A stretch of 14,050 nt of DNA, taken from assembly GCA_051294375.1 (NCBI GenBank), contig JBJCIZ010000570.1, positions 1 to 14,050 of the forward strand, in the 5' to 3' direction. Both the position numbers and the translations under genes were made by a program. Below the pieces are notes generated by a model, which searched no databases, was not told the DNA's origin, and saw nothing but the letters and a program-made list of their open reading frames with translations. This DNA comes from Paraspadella gotoi (Eukaryota; Animalia; Chaetognatha). Each line of letters begins with the position of its first letter. Within the stretch, counting starts at the first letter, position 1. This document shows positions 1-7,627 of this stretch, piece by piece.

Positions 1-647
1 CAATAATATGAGTAGTTCTCTTAATCAAAAAGAAGTAAAACAGTTAGAGACCTCTTTTTGAAGTATTTGAATGCATAGAATAATTTAATACTGTTGAGAA
101 ATAATCATTTTATTCAGTCTTAGGGAGGTCATATTACCTATTAAAACTTATTTGTTAGCCAAAAATTATATTTGAAGATAAAATTAACTGGCTTTTCCAA
201 ACAGCGACACTTTTTTTTCCATCATGGTAATAAGCAATTGTAGCGTTCTACCACCGCCGAAGCGGCTGTGTCAGAGGCTCTTTGCAGATGAGGATTTAGT
301 AAGGGACTTAAGTTGATGTTATAGAAACAGGGCTCAAGGGCAGAAGTGTCACATAGGAAGACTTTACTGTTTGTTTTAAGCCCGGTAGGGGACGCCCATT
401 GAAGCGCATAGTAAGGTGGACAGCATAAAATTTCATACAGCCTGTCTACCCAGCTGTAACACTACACATTGAAGCCATGGTTATGTGGATGCGCAGCCAA
501 ATCTTTTTAGTTGGATCTGCTTTCAGCAGATCCCGACTCTATAATTCACTTTGTCGGTCCGTCGGTCCACCCCCTCAATCTTGTCGGGCATTCACTTATA
601 TCATGTCAGAACATTGAATTATGATAAATTATGCAAAAAAAAAACGA

Positions 648-694
648 TGTCCGTCTGTCCGTCTGTCTGTCCATCCATCCGTCCGTCCGTCCAT
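648..694. repeat. (GTCC/GTCT/ATCC)n tetranucleotide microsatellite inside the HINE-like element
   Basis: tgtccgtctgtccgtctgtctgtccatccatccgtccgtccgtccat. Confidence 0.9.
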
Positions 695-709
695 CCCACC
701 TTAGCAAAA

Positions 710-1020
710 AACACCAATTACTCGTGATTGGATGGATGGATTGAAATGAAATTTTGTGTGTGGGTAGGGAAGTATGTGATTGAGCTGGATATGAAGTTTC
801 GATAGAATCGTCCAAGTGGAAATGAGTTTAAATGGAAAAAACAAAAAAATATATTTCACTATTTGAACACCAATTACTCATGAGTGGATGGGGCAATTGA
901 CTTGAAATTTTGTATTTGGGTAGAAAAGTGTGTGATTAAACTGGAAATCAAGTTTCGATGGAATCATTTGAGTGAAAATGAGTTTAAATGGAAAAAACAA
1001 AGAACCTGTTTCACTAATTG
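710..1020. repeat. Two diverged tandem copies of a ~155-bp unit (710-865, 866-1020)
   Basis: Both copies begin AACACCAATTACTC and contain TGAAATTTTGT..TGGGTAG, AAGTTTCGAT and AAATGAGTTTAAATGGAAAAAACAAA. Both end TTTCACTAWTTG. Confidence 0.92.
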
Positions 1021-1065
1021 ATTATGCTTCTTTTTCTTTTTATTTTAAAAGTAAATGCAAGATGT

Positions 1066-1255
1066 ATTAATTAAACAATTAATTAATTAATCAATTAGTC
1101 AATTAATCAATAATTAATTAATAAGTTAATTAATCAATCAAAACAAACATTTTGGATCAAATTAATTGCATAATTAATTAAATAATTAACTTGAATAAAT
1201 TAAGTATTAATTAATTAAATAGATAATAATTATAAATTAATTAATTAATTAATTA
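1066..1255. repeat. Degenerate (AATT/TAAT)n AT-rich tract
   Basis: Runs such as aattaattaattaattaatta, inside the HINE-like element. Confidence 0.85.
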
Positions 1256-1519
1256 CCGATAAAGATCGTGGACAGATCCGACATTGTTTGCTAAAACTTG
1301 TTTTATCATATTTTTATCATGTTTAAGTTATCAACAAGAACGATGCTTAAGTTGTTGAACCCATACTGGACAGTCAGTGTCTTGGAACTGTCTTGGAACT
1401 GGAAGTGTCGATTGCACATCTTTAATAATTGTCTTCAGTGATCTTCATTGGTCCCACAAAGGTTCTTCTTGCGCGACAAGTCTCTTATTGAGCTGATAAG
1501 CAAATTGTTTGTTTTATTG

Positions 1520-1635
1520 GTTGAATGATTGATTGATTTATTGACTATTATATCCATTGAACGCATTGATCTCTGAACTGATCAAGAGATTGATCAATTT
1601 ATTGATTGATTGAATCTAGGTTTGATTGATTGTTT
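1520..1635. repeat. Degenerate (TTGA)n microsatellite within a candidate minus-strand intron (1644->1493)
   Basis: Repeated ttgattgattga, bounded on the minus strand by ACG|GTGAGT (1644) and TTATCAG| (1493). Confidence 0.7.
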
Positions 1636-1644
1636 GAGACTCAC

Positions 1645-2011
1645 CGTCTTCTGTCTTATATTTTTGTGCTTCCGGTTCTCAGGAAAAAAAAAGCGAATCA
1701 GATTGTTGAATTAAGAGGAACGACCCCACCGATCTTTAGGCGGCCGAATGGCGATGGCGTTATGAGGTGATGGGTGATGAGTGATGGGCATATGAGGAGG
1801 GATGATGTGGTGATTAGATGACGGGGCGAAGAGTAGGTAAGTAAGCTAAGTAATATGGTTTAGTGGTGGAGAAGGCCACATTGAGAACTAGTTGATTGCG
1901 GAATCAGAACTTGAAAGGTGCAATGGTGTTAAGAGAAATGGAATGCCGTTGGTGGCTGCTGGAGCCAGTGTTTAACTCTTCGATAGAGAACAGATTCGAT
2001 GACGGGATCCA
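1645..2011 (-). other. Candidate spliced exon, coding status uncertain
   Basis: Pyrimidine-rich acceptor ttctgatttcttcgaCAG| ends at 2012 and donor ACG|GTGAGT starts at 1644. The sequence between is higher-complexity but has no long ORF. Confidence 0.3.
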
Positions 2012-2589
2012 CTGTCGAAGAAATCAGAAATTCCAGAGAAAAGAAGCCCCAAAATTGAAAAGTGTTACAAGCGTGGCTTTGAGCTTTTGCAGCTGAGCTT
2101 TGAGCTTTAACTTTGAGACTTACAATAAGAAATCAAGGAAAAATAGAAGAAGAATGAAGAAAGAAAAATAAACCAAGAAAGAAAATAAACAAAAGAAATC
2201 AAAAATAGAAGAATAATTTATGAGAAAAAAAAAACAATGATTATTATTAACCTGAAATTATGACAATATTTTTAAAAAAAGGGAGCGTATCTAAAAAAAA
2301 AAACCAGAACAAGAATATATTTTTTTTCAAATAGTATAATGAAGTGAAAAAAAAGGCGAAACAAAAGCAAACATAAGGAGAATACTCGTTAGAGGAAGTC
2401 GGGACTAAAATCCGGCCACAGTAAAGAAAGTAAAGAAAGAAGTTCACCTCCTCAGTGAGAAAGAAGTAAGCAGAAGAATGGAAGATGAAAAGCAATTAAG
2501 AAAAAGAGGGTAAAGAAAAAGAGAGTCAAGACGAACTCGAAGAAAAAAAAAAAAGAGTAACAAACGAAAACCGTCAAAAGTTTAAGAGA

Positions 2590-3020
2590 ATGCAACGATA
2601 TAAAAAAAAAAAGAAAAGTAAGAAAAGAATGGGAAAGCATTGGAAGAGCAGTCAATAGGAGGATATATAAATAAAGTAAAAGAAAAGAAAGGAAGAGCAG
2701 TTCATATATATATATATATATATAATATATTATATATATATATATTTGAAAGAAAAGAATCAACGATAACAAAAAAAGTAAAGAAAAGTAAGACAAGAAG
2801 CAGGTCAACTATAAAAAAAAAAAAAAAAAAATAAATATATTTATAATGGTTTAAGAGCAGTCAATAGTAAATATATATATATATATTAAAGAAAAAAAGA
2901 AAGGAAAAGAAGTCAACGATAAAAAAAGAAAATTAAGAAAAGAAAGGAAAAGAAGTTAATAATAAAAATGAAAAGTAAGAAAAGAATACGAAAAGAAGTC
3001 AACGAGTAAAAAAGAAAAGG
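2590..3020. repeat. A-rich degenerate minisatellite with 43-bp period, interspersed with (TA)n
   Basis: GAAAAGAAGTYAA starts at 2904, 2947 and 2990 (exact 43-bp spacing). Related units at ~2590, 2645, 2752 and 2853. (TA)n at 2704-2744 and 2871-2886. Confidence 0.75.
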
Positions 3021-3414
3021 TTAAATAGATAAAGAAAATGAAGAGAAGTCTAGAGCGAAGCGACGACGAATCGCGAAAACCTAAAGTGAGTTTGAAAGAA
3101 ATCGATTTGAAAGTAAATCGTGTCGGCAAGCTTTGGACGACGCCCACGCCCACCGAGCGTTGGCCGGATACCAGGATTCCCACGGATCCGACATCCTGGT
3201 GGATACGGAAAAGATTGAAAGAGAGTGGCCTGGCAATTGGAGGAAAGACGAAGAAGAGAGAAAGATAAAGATTTAGTTAGATTAGAGGATATGGATTGAA
3301 TTGAGATTCGATTCGATCGAGTGAAAAAAAAAACTATTTCGGGTTTTAAACATTATCTATAAAAAACTACTATAAATTCTACTATTAAAACTACTATTAC
3401 ATAAAACTACTTCG

Positions 3415-3506
3415 CTCTTTTTCTTTTTGCCTCTTTCTTTCTTTCTTTCTTTCTTTTCTTTCTTTCTTTCTTCTTTCTTCTTTTTTCTTCTTTCTTTCTT
3501 CTTTTT
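3415..3506. repeat. (TTTC/TTC)n polypyrimidine tract
   Basis: ctttctttctttctttc...; preceded by short AAACTACT-type repeats (3361-3411). Confidence 0.85.
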
Positions 3507-3549
3507 CACTATCAGTTTGGCTGCTCTATCTCTCTGTCCGTCTAGCGTA

Positions 3550-4150
3550 CTATCTAGGAAAAAACGTTTAGAAACATTTGTTTAATTGAGGAATCTACCT
3601 CGAAAACTTGCTCGATTTTTAAAAAATCAATGCTTGCAATTCTACACTAAATTTCCCTTCAGTTGCTTCCTCCATTTTTTCGTAGATCCAACCTTTTATA
3701 GAATTAGAGGCAAAATAAGATTGCTACCTCAAGTAAAAAATGGCGGTGTAAAAAATCGCCTTAGTTTTCCACAATTCTTGTAGTGAGTTATTGGTTTCAT
3801 TTCAATTGAGTTAGGTTATGTTTTTCATTTTTTTAAATTTGGTTATTGCCGAAATAGACAGCCCCTCTCTTTTGGTTTCAATAAAGGTGCAATTGTAGCT
3901 CTGAGAAGAAAAGAGGGAAAGACGCAACAATATCATCAACAATCGCGGGACTAAAAGAATTGCGCTAAGGTGTGGTGAAAAACATTTCACCTTCGTACCT
4001 CAATTCGCTTTACGAGAGCATGCCCAGACAATGCAGGCAGTGGTCAATGCCGAGGAAGCATACCAAATAGGAGATGTTTACCCATTTGTATATTTTTTAT
4101 TGAATAATGAACTTTAAAAAAAAATGTTTCTAACTTTTTTCCTAGATTAG
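3550..4150. mobile_element. MITE-like non-autonomous DNA transposon, possible TA target-site duplication
   Basis: Left end CTATCTAGGAAAAAACGTTTAGAAACATTT (3550-3579) matches the reverse complement of the right end CTAATCTAGGAAAAAAGTTAGAAACATTT (4122-4150) with small indels. TA flanks both sides (3548-49, 4151-52). The inverted match extends imperfectly to 3542/4158. No transposase ORF. Confidence 0.65.
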
Positions 4151-4182
4151 TATGTTAGCATGTCTGCCAACCTCTTCAAAAA

Positions 4183-4197
4183 TCTCTCTCTCACTTT

Positions 4198-4241
<44 letters not shown>
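4183..4241. repeat. (CT)n microsatellite
   Basis: Direct reading. Confidence 0.95.
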
Positions 4242-4299
4242 AACCTCCCCCATCTAACCCGCAGCCGTGAAAAGGCCATTCAAGATTTGTTGAAGAAGT

Positions 4300-5145
4300 C
4301 CCCGTCGGAGGAAGAGGGGAGGAGGAAGGGAGGAAAGGGGAAAAGGGAGGAAGTGGAAGAACGAGAGAACAGAGAAGAGGAACGAGGAGAAAGAATAATT
4401 GGAGGGGAATTGAAAGTGCGTGGAAACCTCGCGAGGGGAAAGAGAGTTCAAAGAGCGAATAGGGAATGGGGGGGGGATGGGTGGCGTTCGTTAGCGAAGA
4501 AGACCATTCGACGGAGATTCGGCCGCAATAGTTGTCGGAGATGCGAACGGAGGATGCGGGGGGAACTGAAAAATGGTGAGGGGCAGGAAGAAGGATTAGA
4601 GTATTGTATAAAAAAAAAAGAAAGTGCGAAATGTGAAAAAAGAAGAAAAAAAAAAAACGTGTAGAGAAAAAAGGAGAAGAAAAGTGAGAAGAAAAACCAG
4701 GAAGAAAACGGATGCCGGAGAAAGGAAAAGGTGGGTCTGTTGTTGAGGGAAGTAAATGGAGAAGAGAACGACTTGGAAATAGAAAACAATGGCGGCTTAA
4801 AAGGAGGCAAAAATGTGAAGGAGGAAAGGAGGAAAAAAATGGAGAGAAAAAGAGGATAAAGGGAGAAAAGCGAAAAATGGAGAAAAGAAGAAAAAAAAGG
4901 AGAAAAGAGAAAATGGAGAAAAGGATGAAAAATAGAGTTGCTCCGCGAGTACTCGCGGGCGCAACTAAAAGGAAAAAATGTAGGAAGGACAAGATGAAGA
5001 GGGGAAACAAGAGAATGAAGAAAGCTAAAGACGAGAAGACAACAAGTTACTGACTTTTCGATCGGATCCTGAAGGAAAACAAAAAAAAATATAAAAGGGA
5101 AAAAAAAAAAAAAAGGAAAAAAAAAAAAGAAAAAGAAAAAAAAAC
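4300..5145. repeat. Purine-rich low-complexity region
   Basis: A/G-dominated + strand; source of the spurious K/R/E-rich (+) and F/S/L-rich (-) ORFs. Confidence 0.8.
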
Positions 5146-6146
5146 CTGAGGTAATACTCAAAAGTCAGATATTATTTTATAGATAATGATGTTAGAATCA
5201 TTTTCGATCAAACACCCGTACTCTGGTGAGGAGAAAGCAAAGACAAGATTGTTTAAGTGAATAATCTATTCGGAAAAGAAATTCATAATTGTCTCGTTTT
5301 GTAAGGTTTCTTTCTGAAGAAAATTTCTGATTTGGTTTCCATATCATTTTCCCAATTTTTATTCTACGTTAAGTATACAATAAGTGATGGTCGATTAGAT
5401 AAGTCTCATCATCATTTGCCCTGTATCATACTAATGAATAGTAAAAAGAAAACTATCACCGAAACTTTGTGACACTAAATGGATGATAGTGATGCATGAT
5501 GAATGAAGATGATTAATCCGGTCGATTGATTCGTCACTCGAGATTTGTCCAACAACCGTTACTCGGTTCTTCGCTTATTTTGGAAGATTCAGGTCTAAAT
5601 ATGATAATATGGAATTTTTAAAACAATCTTCATTAAAAAACAACAATTGTTAGCAACTATTAAAACTCTCGGTCGAAAAGAAACTTCAATTTGGGATGTG
5701 AGACGAGAATGGGATCGGCGTCAACTTTAAGACTTACTAAATCCAACGGAGTTTTAAAACTCGGCATCGTTCAAAAATCAAATATTCCCAGTTAAAAATT
5801 CTTAAGAAATAGTTTAATTGAATTTTTTTTCGAAAGAAAAAATCTTTTTTTCTTCTGTAGTAAATAAGTATATAAGCAAAGGATTTCTCCTATCGCGACT
5901 GAGCTCGCGCTGCTGCCGGCAAAAGAACTAATTTTAGCTCGGCGCAACCGAGGTCGGACTTCTGTAATCGACACCAAGGGCAGCGGCGAAACAAAGAACG
6001 AAACAAAAGACAATAAAAAGGAAACCAAAGAAAGGAAAGGTTTAAGAAAGGAGAGAGAAGAAAAATGGAATGAGCGGGGAAGAAAAGAAATGGGAAGGAA
6101 GGGGAAGAGAGAAATAAGAAAAGAGGAAGAGAGGGAAGAGAAGATG

Positions 6147-6299
6147 GAGAGAGAGAGATGAAGAGAGAGACGAGGAGAGAGAGACGAGAAGAGAGAGAGA
6201 GAGGTGTTAAAAGCTGAGTCCCAACCCAGAACAAGGGATGATGATTCGGACGCCATTTAGTGTTGTCCTGGTCGGCCCTTGCTAAGGCGCATAGAGAGG

Positions 6300-6344
<45 letters not shown>

Positions 6345-6386
6345 ACGAGATGAGAGAGAGAGACGAGAGAGAGAGAGAGAGAGAGG
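6147..6386. repeat. Two interrupted (GA)n tracts (6147-6202, 6293-6386)
   Basis: Direct reading. Confidence 0.95.
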
Positions 6387-6807
6387 AATACTTTAAAAAT
6401 GATTTATTTTGGAATCAATCGTTTTAGCCGGAGGGTTGCAAAAATGTAAATGGATAACAAACAGGAGTAACAAAGTGCAAAGGTTCGAAATTAGGCCACT
6501 TGTAATTAGTAATATGTATAATTTAATATGACTTAGGGGAACCTTTCGTTTTTAAATACCATATCCTGGATTACATTAATGGAAACAGTTGAATAAGAGA
6601 ATAGGGAGTAATTACTATCAGAAAAGAGAACATTTAGCTGGAATGACAAACGAACGACAGCGAAAAAACTGGCCGAAGTCTAAAATTTCAAGTTCCCGAC
6701 AAGCAAACAAATCCAGACAGAAAAAAAGGTTTCTTGTCTCTCAACCGCGACGCCTCATTAGTCCTTCGCTCATCAGAATTCATTTCTTCTTTTGTTCCAC
6801 CTTTTTT

Positions 6808-6809
6808 CT

Positions 6810-6847
<38 letters not shown>

Positions 6848-6896
6848 CTCTCTCCTCCTCTCTCTCTCTCTCTCTCTCTCTTCTCTCCTCTCTGTT

Positions 6897-6930
<34 letters not shown>

Positions 6931-6937
6931 CTCTCCT
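6808..6937. repeat. Interrupted (CT)n microsatellite
   Basis: Direct reading. Confidence 0.95.
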
Positions 6938-7363
6938 GTGTTGGTGTCTCACTCTGTCTCACTGTCTTCACTCTCTGTCAGTTTCCCACGTTTTCCATTT
7001 TTATTTGAGCTGACTTCTTTGTAGGAAAGAAAAGTTATGAAAAGGTGGTTTTAAAAAATACACCCATAAAAAGTTTGTATAAAAAAAGAGCTAGAACTAT
7101 TCAAAATTTTTAGCACAGCAATGCAGTTTCTTTCATTTTATTTTTTTCCCTTCTCTTAATATTACAATTTTCTTTCATTTTTCTACCCCACCCCTTTCCG
7201 TTCCACCTTTTTTCTGCCCTATATATTTTTTCGCCTCCTGTTTATCGGTTTCCGCTTCCCATTTTTTTTCTTTTCCGCCGCTCTGGTGATCTCGTTGTGA
7301 TCGTCGCGTGCGTCGTCAGTCGTCGTTTAAAAAGTCTCCCAGTCGCTCGCTCCTTTCACTTAC

Positions 7364-7627
7364 CGTCCTGTGCCGCCAAACTGAGCTTCGTCGGGAAAAA
7401 CTACTGCCGCAAAAGGAAAGGCGAGATCGCCTGCGCCCAGATTTGGGCGAAACGTCCCTGCGGCTGTGCGTCGATCGGTGTTTTCCTCCTGCCTGCCGCT
7501 GATTCATCGGCCAATTGCGGAGGTTCGATGCACTGAGCGTGAATGACTTTCGATAATGACTTTTCTGGTGTAAATAATCTCTGAGGTTGCTGTGAAATAT
7601 ATTTTTCGGAAAGGTCTTTTGGAACAT
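7364..7627 (-). CDS. Candidate first coding exon (88 codons, MFQKTFPKNIFHSNLRDYLHQK...SRRSSVWRHRT), unknown basic Ser/Arg-rich product
   Basis: ACAATG start at 7627. Open frame in non-repetitive sequence (part of ORF 7316..7732). Ends in phase 0 at a full-consensus donor ACG|GTAAGT (intron from 7363). No recognisable domain. Confidence 0.35.

Larger units (their letters stand above)
504..1304 (+). mobile_element. Non-autonomous Helentron-associated (DINE-1/HINE-like) element
   Basis: 5' T-run then GTTGGATCTG (510-519) within a perfect 9-bp hairpin GGATCTGCT-ttc-AGCAGATCC (513-533). GTCY-type microsatellite at 554-568 and 648-694. Two tandem ~155-bp core repeats and an AT-rich tract. 3' inverted copy CAGATCCGAC (1273-1282, 9/10 match), then a short stem-loop GTTT-gcta-AAAC (1286-1297) and TTTT. 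This order matches the established DINE-1/HINE architecture. Confidence 0.75.

Noticed and set aside
240-500. Higher-complexity stretch as an exon or retroelement fragment
   Set aside because: No ORF of note and no recognisable motif.
710-1020. Direct repeats as a CRISPR array
   Set aside because: Only two long adjacent units, no spacers or cas genes, eukaryotic context.
1378-1401. 11-bp tandem duplication TGTCTTGGAAC
   Set aside because: Simple slippage duplication with nothing inserted between copies.
2247-7024. Long F/L/S-rich (-) and K/R/E-rich (+) ORFs, e.g. 4240..5010 and 4448..5161
   Set aside because: Translations of purine tracts and (CT)n/(GA)n repeats that lack stops by composition; not membrane proteins.
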